Assembly: GCA_044226625.1 (NCBI GenBank)
Contig: JBGAGQ010000017.1
Coordinates: 1 to 64,000 of the forward strand
DNA: 64,000 nucleotides
Direction of reading: 5' to 3'
DNA from: Thermoanaerobaculia bacterium
GTDB lineage: Bacteria; Acidobacteriota; Thermoanaerobaculia; Multivoradales; UBA5704
The notes beneath the pieces were generated by a model. The model did not search any database. It was not told the origin of the DNA and worked only from the letters and a program-made list of their open reading frames with translations. Below, in pieces: positions 29,265-38,352 of this stretch. Positions within the stretch are counted from its first letter, which is position 1, and each line of letters starts with the position of its first letter. Both the position numbers and the translations under genes were made by a program.

Positions 29265-31097
29265 ATGAGCTTCTCGTCCGACTCCGAGCGTCTCGAGGCG
29301 CTGGCCGGCCGGGTCCGCGAGCTGCCGGACCGGGCGGGGATCTACGTCTGGAAAGACGCCGCGGGCAAGGTCCTCTACGTCGGCAAGGCGAAGTCGCTCA
29401 AGAAGCGGGTGGGCTCGTACCTCTCCCGCGACCTCGAGCCGCGGCTGGCGCAGATGGTCTACGAGGCGGTCGACATCGAGCACGTGATCACCGACTCTGA
29501 AGCCGAGGCGCTGCTGCTCGAAAACAACTTCATCAAAGAGAAGAAGCCGCGCTACAACGTCCTGCTGCGGGACGACAAGACCTATCCGTACCTGAAGCTC
29601 ACGATGCGCGATGAGTTTCCGCGCATCGCCTTCACGCGGCGGATCGCGAACGACGGCGCCGAGTATTTCGGGCCGTATCTCCCCGGCGGCCTCGCGCGGA
29701 AGGCGATCAAGCTGGTCCAGAAGCTGTTCCAGGTCCGCGTCTGCCGCATCGAGATCGACGGCGGGCTCGAGCGCCCGTGCCTCTACCACGGCATGCACCG
29801 ATGCCTCGGGCCGTGCGTCGCGCGCCTGACCACGAGGGAGACCTACGCCGAGGCGGTCGCCCAGGCGCGGCTGTTCCTCGCCGGCAAGAACGACGTCCTG
29901 CTCAAGCGGTTGAAGCGCGAGATGCTCGACGCTTCCGACGCCTTCGAGTTCGAGCGCGCGGCGGCGCTTCGCGACACGATCGCCGAGATCGAGTCGATCG
30001 GCCAACGGCGCAAGCTCTCCTCGGTCGACGGCGAAGACCTGGACGTCTACGGCGTCCACGTCTCGGGGGGCAACGCCGCCGTGGCGATCCTGGTGATGCG
30101 CGGCGGCCAGGTGCTCGACCGCCGCGAGCTGTTCTGGGAAAAGGTCGGCCAGATCGCGCCCGACGCCTTGCTGTCCGAGCTGCTGCCGCAGATCTACGAC
30201 CGGACGACCTTCGTTCCCAAGGAGATCCACCTGCCGGTCCCGATCGAGGGGGAGGACGCGTTGCTCGACTGGCTGTCGGAGCGGAAGGGGGAGCGGGTCT
30301 ACCTGCGGCTTCCGAGCCGCGGTCCGAAGGCGGAACGGCTGGCCCTCGCGGGGCATAACGCCCAACAGGCGCACCGCCGCCGCTTCCGCACCGGGGCGGT
30401 GGCGCCGGGCGCGATGGCGCTCGAGCGGCATCTGGAGCTCGCCGATCCGCCGCGGCGGATCGAGGGGTTCGACATCTCGCATTTCCAGGGGGGCGAGACG
30501 GTCGCTTCGATGGTGGTATGGGAAGAGGGGAAGATGCGGAAGGGGGACTATCGGAGCTTCAACATCCGGAGCGTTTCGGGCCCGGACGACTTCGCCTCGA
30601 TGCGCGAGGCGGTCGAGCGGCGCTACCGGCGGGTCCTCGACGAGGTGGGCGCGATGCCCGACCTGATCCTGATCGACGGCGGACGCGGCCAGCTGAACGC
30701 GGCGATCGAGGCGCTCGCGATCCTCGGAGTCGAGGACACGCCGATCCTCGGGCTTGCGAAGAGGGAGGAGGAGGTCTACCTGCCGGAGCTTCCCGGTCCG
30801 CTCTGTCTGCCGAAGGACGACCCCGGGCTCCAGCTGCTCCAGCAGATCCGCGACGAGGCCCATCGGTTCGCGGTCTCCCGCCATCGCGCCCGCCGTTCCG
30901 CCAACCGGCTCCGGAGCCGGCTCGACGACCTCCCCGGGATTGGACCGCGGCGGAGGAAGCTCCTGCTCACCCGCTTTGGGAGCGTCGAAGGGGTCCGGCG
31001 CGCGCCCCTGTCCGAGCTCGAGGCGGCCGTGGGGCCCATGCTCGCTCGGCGGCTGGTCGAGGCCCTGCGGGCACAGGAAGCGGCCCCGGAAGCCTGA
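29265..31097 (+). CDS. uvrC: Excinuclease ABC subunit C
   Basis: GIY..YVGKAKSL, PRYNVLLRDDKTYPY, IEGFDISH, LIDGGRGQL, RDEAHRFA, C-terminal HhH. Confidence 0.97.
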   Translation: MSFSSDSERLEALAGRVRELPDRAGIYVWKDAAGKVLYVGKAKSLKKRVGSYLSRDLEPRLAQMVYEAVDIEHVITDSEAEALLLENNFIKEKKPRYNVLLRDDKTYPYLKLTMRDEFPRIAFTRRIANDGAEYFGPYLPGGLARKAIKLVQKLFQVRVCRIEIDGGLERPCLYHGMHRCLGPCVARLTTRETYAEAVAQARLFLAGKNDVLLKRLKREMLDASDAFEFERAAALRDTIAEIESIGQRRKLSSVDGEDLDVYGVHVSGGNAAVAILVMRGGQVLDRRELFWEKVGQIAPDALLSELLPQIYDRTTFVPKEIHLPVPIEGEDALLDWLSERKGERVYLRLPSRGPKAERLALAGHNAQQAHRRRFRTGAVAPGAMALERHLELADPPRRIEGFDISHFQGGETVASMVVWEEGKMRKGDYRSFNIRSVSGPDDFASMREAVERRYRRVLDEVGAMPDLILIDGGRGQLNAAIEALAILGVEDTPILGLAKREEEVYLPELPGPLCLPKDDPGLQLLQQIRDEAHRFAVSRHRARRSANRLRSRLDDLPGIGPRRRKLLLTRFGSVEGVRRAPLSELEAAVGPMLARRLVEALRAQEAAPEA

Positions 31098-31123
31098 TCT
31101 GCCAGATCCGGGCCGAGTCGGGC

Positions 31124-32542
31124 TCAGGCTTCGCGCAGCTCGAAGTAGGGCTCGAGCGCGATCTCGGGAGCGAGCGCCGCTCCGAGCCAGGGCGCGCCGT
31201 CGGCGACCGCGATCGGGTCGAGACCGAGGCCCGAGACCCGCGCGAAGACGTCGAGCAGGTTCGAGTCCCAGAGCAGGTTCGGCACCGCCGGCCCGATCCG
31301 TCCCCCCTCGATCCGGCGGGCGCCGTGAGCGACGGCGCGAAACGAGAGCGAGCTCGGATCGTGGACCACGAGCGGCGAGAGCGACGCGATCCACAGCCCT
31401 CCGTCGGCCGCGGCGAGGAGTTCGCCCAGCGGCTTCGCCGCCTCCGGCTCTCCGGCTCGGAGGGTGGGATGGAGGACACCCGACCGTTCGAGATCGATCG
31501 CCAGCGGAAGGTCGGCGAGCGTTGCGGGCACTTGGAGTCGATCGGCGAGCTCGCGGGATACCGCCGCGGCCCGAAAGATCCCCGCGGAGATCATCTCGAC
31601 CGGCAGGGCGGGGTTGCCGCGCAGATCGAACGGCAGGGCGAGCCCCCGGGGATCGGTCGCGTCGTCGATCAAGCTGAGCCGCCGGTTGGCCACTTGCTCG
31701 CCGAGATGACCGAAGAGCGGCCAAGCCTTCGCGTCACCTCGGGCGACCGCGTCGGCGATCGCCTGGGAGTCGAGCGCCGCGCGCGCGAAGGCGAGCGCGA
31801 TCTGGGCCGCGGCCCGCGGCGCGAGCACGATCGGAGCGGGCTTTCCGGGTGGTGGCGAGAGCGCCGGATCGGCGCTCCGCGACCGGGCGAGCTCGAGCAG
31901 GGGACCGGGGCCGAGATCGGACAGCCGGCGGGCGACGCGCTCGGCGCTACCGGTCGCCGGGCCGCGGCCGATCCGTAGGGCCAGGGAGACGCCGGTCAAC
32001 GCGGCGACGCGTGGGGCGCTCCCGGTCGCTGCGAAGCCGATCCTCCCTTCGCTCCAGCGAAGGTGAGCGGACTCGTCGGCGTCGAGGCCCTCCGACAGGA
32101 GCGCCTTGGCCTCGTCCGAGGACAGGCTGGCGATCTCGCCGTCCCAGAAGTCGTTCGGCTCGTCCGAGCCTGGCGCCGACCCCCGCCTCTTGGCGGAGGG
32201 ATCGGTCACCTCGACCGGAGCGGGAGACAGGCGTCCGTCGGCGAGCGCCCGTCGAATCGCGGCGCCGAGCTCCGCGCGGTCGAGGGATGCCGCACGGTGA
32301 TGACCGACCCGACCGCGCTCGACCGTCCGGACCACGAGGTTCAGCTCGTGTGTGGAGCGAGGCTCCAGCGCGGGGGCCGTTCTCCCTTTGGCGGGTTTGC
32401 CTCCGTCGACCCGGTCGGATCGCTCCTGGCGGTGGATCGCCTCCGCCCACGAGATCTCCGTGCGGTCGGCGGGGGAGTCCGCGATCGCCTGCGTCAAGAT
32501 CTCGCGCGCGGTGGAGAGGGTCGGAAGGTTTAAGTTCGGCAC
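31124..32542 (-). CDS. TldD/PmbA-family protein (divergent)
   Basis: GEQVA..LSLIDDATDP.GL..PFD.RG and RIEGGRIGPAV..L motifs of the PmbA/TldD C-terminal domain. Confidence 0.7.
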   Translation of the reverse strand: MPNLNLPTLSTAREILTQAIADSPADRTEISWAEAIHRQERSDRVDGGKPAKGRTAPALEPRSTHELNLVVRTVERGRVGHHRAASLDRAELGAAIRRALADGRLSPAPVEVTDPSAKRRGSAPGSDEPNDFWDGEIASLSSDEAKALLSEGLDADESAHLRWSEGRIGFAATGSAPRVAALTGVSLALRIGRGPATGSAERVARRLSDLGPGPLLELARSRSADPALSPPPGKPAPIVLAPRAAAQIALAFARAALDSQAIADAVARGDAKAWPLFGHLGEQVANRRLSLIDDATDPRGLALPFDLRGNPALPVEMISAGIFRAAAVSRELADRLQVPATLADLPLAIDLERSGVLHPTLRAGEPEAAKPLGELLAAADGGLWIASLSPLVVHDPSSLSFRAVAHGARRIEGGRIGPAVPNLLWDSNLLDVFARVSGLGLDPIAVADGAPWLGAALAPEIALEPYFELREA

Positions 32543-32616
32543 GGCGCGGGAGCATATCGTGAGCCGGTCGGTCGCGCCCCGAGTGGCCTAGCCTTTGCAC
32601 CCTGGGCGCTGGCAGA

Positions 32617-34440
32617 ATGGCGAGCCTTGTGAAACGACCGAAAACTCTCTTCTCCAGCGCATCGCTCGCCGCGAGCTTGTCCCTGTTCTGCGCCGCCTCG
32701 GCCCTGTCGGCCGCCGCGCCGCCGCGATCCCGTACACCGGGGACGCCCATGCCCCACCTACCCTCGGCCCCGGCCGCCGCGGCTCCTCGAGAGGACGCCG
32801 CCGACCTCGTTTTCGAGCATGGCGTCTTCTACCCGGTCGACGTCCCGGGGCCCGTGCGTGGGAGCCTTGCGGTGCGCGAGGGAAAGATCGTCTACCTCGG
32901 CCCCGAGGAGACCGCCAAGCCGTTCCTCGGTCCGAAGACCCGGAGGATCGACCTCCGCGAACGGGCCGTCACCCCGGGTCTGATCGACGCGCACTCCCAC
33001 CTCCTGGGTCTCGGTCGCGATCTGTCCCAGGTGGATCTGCGCGGCGCGACCTCGTTCGAAGAGGTCGTGCGGCGCGTCCGCGCCGCGGCGGCGAAGGTGC
33101 CCGCCGGATCCTGGGTCCGTGGCCGGGGATGGGACCAGAACCTTTGGCCCGGCCAGGCGTTTCCCGAGCATGGGGCGCTTTCGGCGGCCGTTCCCGACCA
33201 TCCGGTCTGGCTCTCCCGGGTCGACGGCCACGCCGCGTTGCTCAACGAGCGGGCGCTCGAGCGGGTAGGGCTCGACGATACGGCCAAAGATCCGTCGGGA
33301 GGCCGCTATCTCCGTGACGCCGCCGGACATCTTTCCGGCGTCCTGGTCGACAACGCGATGGACGTGCCGCCGAGCGATGTCGCGCATCCCGGGCGAAATC
33401 CGTTCGACGCCAGCCCGGCCGAGCTCCAAGACGCGTTGGCCGCCGCTGGACGAGTCTGCGTGTCGCTCGGCCTCACGACGGTGACCGACATGGGAGTGGA
33501 CGGCGAGGCGATCGCCGCCTACCGCGCCCTGCGCGAGAAGAAAGCGCTCGCGCCGCGCGCGGCGCTCTTCCTGACCGACGATCCCAACCTCCTGCAGAAG
33601 TGGTTCGAGCACGGTCCGCTGCTCGATCCGGAGGCGCGGCTCACGGTACGCGGCGTCAAGCTGTACGCCGACGGCGCGCTCGGCAGCCGCGGCGCGGCGC
33701 TGATCGAGCCGTACGCGGACGATCCGGGCAACGTGGGCTTGCTCACCGCCGGCCAAGATCACATGGCCGATATCGTCCGCCGCGCGGTGGGCGCGGGATT
33801 CCAAGTCGGAATCCATGCGATCGGCGACCGCGGCAATCTGGTGGCGCTGGACGCGCTCGAGCAGGGCCTCACCCGCCACGCCTCGAACCGCTCGCTGGCG
33901 CCCGGCGATCCTCGCTGCCGGATCGAGCACGCGCAGGTGATGCGGTTGTCCGACATCCAGCGGATGGCGCGTCTCGGCATCATCGCCTCGATGCAGCCGA
34001 CGCACGCGACCTCCGACATGCCGTGGGCGCCGGCGCGGCTCGGCGAGCGCCGGCTCGCGGGGGCGTACGCCTGGAGGAAAGTGCTCGCCGCGAACGGCCG
34101 GCTCGCTTTGGGCAGCGATTTTCCGGTCGAGTCTCCCGACCCGCGCCTGGGGCTCTACGCCGCGGTCACCCGGCAGGATCTCCAGGGAAACCCGGCCGGA
34201 GGCTGGCTTCCGGACGAGAAGCTCACCCGCACCGAGGCGCTGCGCGGCTTTACGCTCGACGCCGCCCGGTCGATCTTCCTCGACGACCAGGTGGGCTCGC
34301 TCACGGTCGGCAAACGGGCCGACCTCGTGGTGTGGGGACGAGATCCCATGGAGGTCCCCGAGCGCGAGATCCCCGCGGCCGAGATCGATTTCACCTACGT
34401 CGACGGCGCGGCGGTCTACGCCCGCCCGGGAGCGAAGTGA
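32617..34440 (+). CDS. Amidohydrolase-3 (YtcJ-like) metal-dependent hydrolase, probably exported
   Basis: PGLIDAHSH, KLYADGALGSRGA, IHAIGDRG, RIEHAQ, GSDFPVE. Confidence 0.9.
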   Translation: MASLVKRPKTLFSSASLAASLSLFCAASALSAAAPPRSRTPGTPMPHLPSAPAAAAPREDAADLVFEHGVFYPVDVPGPVRGSLAVREGKIVYLGPEETAKPFLGPKTRRIDLRERAVTPGLIDAHSHLLGLGRDLSQVDLRGATSFEEVVRRVRAAAAKVPAGSWVRGRGWDQNLWPGQAFPEHGALSAAVPDHPVWLSRVDGHAALLNERALERVGLDDTAKDPSGGRYLRDAAGHLSGVLVDNAMDVPPSDVAHPGRNPFDASPAELQDALAAAGRVCVSLGLTTVTDMGVDGEAIAAYRALREKKALAPRAALFLTDDPNLLQKWFEHGPLLDPEARLTVRGVKLYADGALGSRGAALIEPYADDPGNVGLLTAGQDHMADIVRRAVGAGFQVGIHAIGDRGNLVALDALEQGLTRHASNRSLAPGDPRCRIEHAQVMRLSDIQRMARLGIIASMQPTHATSDMPWAPARLGERRLAGAYAWRKVLAANGRLALGSDFPVESPDPRLGLYAAVTRQDLQGNPAGGWLPDEKLTRTEALRGFTLDAARSIFLDDQVGSLTVGKRADLVVWGRDPMEVPEREIPAAEIDFTYVDGAAVYARPGAK

Positions 34441-35171
34441 AGCCTTCGAAGCATCTAAGACTGGTTTTCGGGCTGGCGCTCGCGGCGGCGGCGGGCGGAG
34501 CGCGCGGTGACGAGCCGTCGCTCCTGCGCCACCAGATGGTCGAGCAGCAGATCCGCCAGCGCGGGATCACGGACAAGCCCGTGCTCTCGGCGATGGACCA
34601 CGTGCCGCGCCATCTGTTCGTCCCGGGTGCGGTGCCCTCCGACGCCTACGCCGACAAGCCGCTGCCGTTCGGGCCGAAGGGCAAATGGGGGACGATCTAC
34701 CAGCCGTACGTGGTGGCGTTGATGACCGATCTGCTCGAGCTCACGCCGAAAGACAAGGTGCTGGAGATCGGCACCGGCTCGGGGTATCACGCGGCGATCC
34801 TGTCGCGCCTCGCTCGTGAGGTCTATTCGGTCGAGATCTCGCAGGCCGTGGCCGACCAAGCGGCCCATCGCCTGGTGTTGTTGGGTTTCAACAACGTGGC
34901 GGTGCGAGTGGGAGACGGTTATCAGGGTTGGCCGGAGAAAGGTCCGTTCGACGCGATCCTGCTCTCGGCGGCACCACCGGACGAGATTCCGAAACCGCTG
35001 CTCGCCCAGCTGAAAAATGGAGGCCGTTTGGTAGCGCCCGTCGGGGACTTCTTCCAGGACCTCCAACTGATCACCAAGCGCCAGGACGGCACGATCGAGA
35101 AGCGAACGGTGAGCCCGGTGAGTCTGGCGCCGATGACTGGCAAGGTTCGCGACGGGCAGAACCGGAAATAG
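34437..35171 (+). CDS. pcm: Protein-L-isoaspartate O-methyltransferase-like protein with a signal peptide
   Basis: VPRHLFV, AYADKPLP, VLEIGTGSGYHAA, GDGYQGWPEKGPFD; GTG start overlaps the upstream stop. Confidence 0.85.
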   Translation: MKPSKHLRLVFGLALAAAAGGARGDEPSLLRHQMVEQQIRQRGITDKPVLSAMDHVPRHLFVPGAVPSDAYADKPLPFGPKGKWGTIYQPYVVALMTDLLELTPKDKVLEIGTGSGYHAAILSRLAREVYSVEISQAVADQAAHRLVLLGFNNVAVRVGDGYQGWPEKGPFDAILLSAAPPDEIPKPLLAQLKNGGRLVAPVGDFFQDLQLITKRQDGTIEKRTVSPVSLAPMTGKVRDGQNRK

Positions 35172-35284
35172 CCCTCGCTTCGAACATTGAGTCCGCGTGA
35201 GCGCGCGGGGCGAAGACTTCGACGCCTTTCGGTGCGCAGAGGGTGTCGCGTACCCGGCGGAATTCCCTCGTATACTCCCACGCC

Positions 35285-36310
35285 ATGTCCATTACCTTTG
35301 GAATCTTCTTCGGTTTCGTGACCTGGTTCATCGTCCGCTACCTGCTCGCCGGCCTGTACACGGTCGACCAGAACGAGCGGGCGGTCAAAACCGTGCTCGG
35401 GCGCGCCCAGCGGTTGCCCGGACAGTCGACGTTGCAGGACCCGATCGCGCAGGCCCTGCGGCCCGACGAACGCGATCGCTACAACTACCCGCAGGTGCGC
35501 GTGATCCCGCCGGGCGGCCCCTATTTCCGCTGGCCCTGGGAGCGCGTGCACAAGATCTCGGTCGCGACCAACACGCTCAACATGGCGTTCGATCCCGAAA
35601 CGCCGAGCGCGAACTCCGGCGGCAAGCTGCTCGAGGCGGTCACGAAGGACCAGCTCAACACGGGGCTCACCGGGCAGATCCGGTATCGGGTCTCCGAGCG
35701 GAATCTCTACGCCTATCTGTTCGGGGTGAAGAACCCGATCGCCCACGTGATGGGATATTTCGTCTCGATCCTGCGGGAGCGCATCTCGAATTTCGAGGCG
35801 CCGCATCCGTCGGGGCCGGTCGATCTGGAGAATCCGGTGAGCCCGCCGGTCCAGCTCGAGAGCCAACCTCCCGAGGCGACCGTCGTTTCCGGCATCTCGA
35901 TCAACGACCTGCGCAAGAACCTTCGCGATCTGAACGATCACATGGACCGGGAGTGCCGCTCGTCCGCCGCTCGCTACGGCATCACCCTCGACGCCTCCTT
36001 GATCACCGAGATCGATCCGCCAGCGGAGGTCGAATCCGCGCTGGCCGCGATCAACACCGCGCACAACCACGTCTCCTCGGACATCAGCCTGGCGCACGCG
36101 GCGGCGGACCAGAAGATCGTCCAGTCCAAGCGCGCGGTCGAGATCGAAACGCTCAAGGCGGAGGGTGAGGTCGAGCCGCTGGTGCGGCTCGCCGAGCAGC
36201 TCTCCGATTTGAAGAGGCAGGGACCGCATGCCCTCTCGGCGTACCTGAGGAACGTGCGGCTCGGCCTGTTCGGCAAGGCGCAGGACGCCTTCGTGGAGGT
36301 GAAGCGATGA
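35285..36310 (+). CDS. SPFH/band-7 domain protein
   Basis: N-terminal TM, YTVDQNERAV...GR, AVTKDQ, C-terminal coiled-coil-like region. Confidence 0.8.
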   Translation: MSITFGIFFGFVTWFIVRYLLAGLYTVDQNERAVKTVLGRAQRLPGQSTLQDPIAQALRPDERDRYNYPQVRVIPPGGPYFRWPWERVHKISVATNTLNMAFDPETPSANSGGKLLEAVTKDQLNTGLTGQIRYRVSERNLYAYLFGVKNPIAHVMGYFVSILRERISNFEAPHPSGPVDLENPVSPPVQLESQPPEATVVSGISINDLRKNLRDLNDHMDRECRSSAARYGITLDASLITEIDPPAEVESALAAINTAHNHVSSDISLAHAAADQKIVQSKRAVEIETLKAEGEVEPLVRLAEQLSDLKRQGPHALSAYLRNVRLGLFGKAQDAFVEVKR

Positions 36311-37200
36311 GCTTCCTGATCGCTGCGTTCGTCACGTTCCTCGTGATGATGTTCCTGGTGCCGTTTCTCCTCTGGGTGGTGCGCGTCCTCGGCCTTTACG
36401 CGATCGTCTACGAGCGGACCTGCCGCGTCTACGTGTTGTTCGGCAAGGTGATCGGTGTCCTCGACGAGCCGGGCCTCCACATCCTGCTGTTCAAGCTCGG
36501 ACCGGCGGCGTTCCTGGTCAACTGGCTGGGCAAGTGCCACGTGCTCGACATGCGCCTCGATCAGGAATACTTGCGAAGCCAGCCGGTCAACTCCGAGGAA
36601 GGCGCGCCGATGGGGATCGGCGTCTGGTACGAGATGTACATCTCGGATCCGGTCGCCTTCCTGTTCAAGAACACCGATCCCCGCGGCTCGCTGCGCGCCA
36701 ACGTCAGCAACGCGACGGTCCGTTGCCTGTCGAACATGAAACTCGCCGACATGCTGGAGACGCGCCATCAGATGAGCGCCACGGTGCGCGCCGAGGTGTC
36801 GGAGAAGTCGCACGAGTGGGGGTACAAGCTCGGCTCGGTCTACGTCCGCAAGGTCCACTTCCGCGACGGCGGCATGATCCGGCAGATCGAAGAAAAGGTG
36901 GTCAACCGTCTGCGCCAGGTCACCTCGGCGATCAAGCAGGACGGCGCTAATCAAGTGAGCATCATCACCAGCACCGCCGAGCGCCAGGCGGCGATCGAGT
37001 TCGCCAAGGCGAGCGCGATGCGACCGCAGATCGTCGGCGCCGCCTTGAACCAGATCTCGAAGGATCCGGAGATCGAGGCCGCCCTCTTCGAGATCCTCGA
37101 AAATCAGCGCTTGGTCGAGGGGAACGCGCGCGTCACCCTGATGCCCGAGGGAGGCGAGCTGCTCACGAACCTGCTCGCGGGCGGAGCGAAGCGCCTCTGA
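36307..37200 (+). CDS. SPFH/band-7 domain protein (second of the pair)
   Basis: N-terminal TM, LFGKVIGVLDEPGLH, EWGYKLGSVYVRKV; ATGA coupling. Confidence 0.8.
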   Translation: MSFLIAAFVTFLVMMFLVPFLLWVVRVLGLYAIVYERTCRVYVLFGKVIGVLDEPGLHILLFKLGPAAFLVNWLGKCHVLDMRLDQEYLRSQPVNSEEGAPMGIGVWYEMYISDPVAFLFKNTDPRGSLRANVSNATVRCLSNMKLADMLETRHQMSATVRAEVSEKSHEWGYKLGSVYVRKVHFRDGGMIRQIEEKVVNRLRQVTSAIKQDGANQVSIITSTAERQAAIEFAKASAMRPQIVGAALNQISKDPEIEAALFEILENQRLVEGNARVTLMPEGGELLTNLLAGGAKRL

Positions 37201-37212
37201 TCCGAGCCGAGA

Positions 37213-37246
37213 GAGGGGCGCCGGTCTCGAACGGTCGGCGCCCCTC
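37213..37246 (+). terminator. GC-rich hairpin after the SPFH pair
   Basis: GAGGGGCGCCGG...TCGGCGCCCCTC, with no clear U-tract. Confidence 0.45.
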
Positions 37247-37281
37247 GAAGCCTTCCCGCCTCCGAGGCTCCTTTCCTTTCG

Positions 37282-38352
37282 ATGAACGCCGCCAAGACCG
37301 TCACGCCGTCGCAGTTGATGGACTTCCTGCTCAACGTGGCGGTCGTCCGTCCGGTCTTCATTTGGGGGCCGCCGGGGATTGGCAAATCGAGCCTGGTCGC
37401 TCGGTTCGCCGAGCAGCTGGGCCTGCACTGCGTTTCCCTCCTCGGCAGCCAGCTCGCGCCGGAGGACCTGATCGGCGTGCCGCAGGTGACCGACGGCGTG
37501 AGCCGCTTCTGCCCCCCGGCCGAAATCGCGCGGAACGAGCCGTACTGCCTCTTCCTCGACGAGCTAAACGCCTGCTCGCACGAGGTTCAGAAGGCGTTCT
37601 ACAGCTTGATCCACGAGCGCCGGATCGGCGAGTACCGCCTGCCCGAAGGGTCGATCGTGATCGGCGCCGGGAACCGGGCCCAGGACAGCGCGATCGTCAA
37701 ACCGATGTCATCGGCGCTGCTGAATCGGATGGTTCACGTCCACCTGACCGTTTCGCACCGCGACTGGATGGCCTGGGCGCACACGAGCGACGTCCACCCG
37801 TTGGTGATCGAATACCTCGAGCTTCGTCCCGATCAGCTCTGGAGCGCGCCGCCTAAACACGAGGAGCCGTTTTCGACCCCGCGTTCTTGGCACATGTTGA
37901 GCGACGCGCTTCATCAGTTCGGGGCGGGCATCCGCGACGAGGAGATCGAAGCGCTCGCTTACGGTTGTCTTTCACCGCAGCACGCGACGCAGCTCAAGGC
38001 GTTCGCCAAGCAGAAGCGAAGCCGTTTCGCGCTCCATGCCATCTTGAAAGGCGATTCCGGGTGGCCGCACGATCCGGCGGACCGCGATGTCCTCTACTTC
38101 CTCTCGCAGTCGTTTCGGACGCATCTGCAGCGCGAGCTGCCGCAAGATCCGCAGGGACTTCAGCCGCAGCACAAACAGCTTGCCCATCGCGGCAAGGCAC
38201 TGCTCAAGGAGCTGGCCGCGATCAGCCTGGAGATGGCGCAGTTGGTCGTGGCGGAGGAGGGTGGCGACGCCGCGGCGGGGAACCTGCCGAGCTGGTTCCT
38301 GGTCGAGGTCGTTCGCGACCTGCCGCGCTTGGTCGAGAAACGTGCCCCGTAA
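37282..38352 (+). CDS. MoxR-like AAA+ ATPase
   Basis: Walker A GPPGIGKS, Walker B LFLDELN, GAGNR, TPRSW. Confidence 0.9.
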   Translation: MNAAKTVTPSQLMDFLLNVAVVRPVFIWGPPGIGKSSLVARFAEQLGLHCVSLLGSQLAPEDLIGVPQVTDGVSRFCPPAEIARNEPYCLFLDELNACSHEVQKAFYSLIHERRIGEYRLPEGSIVIGAGNRAQDSAIVKPMSSALLNRMVHVHLTVSHRDWMAWAHTSDVHPLVIEYLELRPDQLWSAPPKHEEPFSTPRSWHMLSDALHQFGAGIRDEEIEALAYGCLSPQHATQLKAFAKQKRSRFALHAILKGDSGWPHDPADRDVLYFLSQSFRTHLQRELPQDPQGLQPQHKQLAHRGKALLKELAAISLEMAQLVVAEEGGDAAAGNLPSWFLVEVVRDLPRLVEKRAP

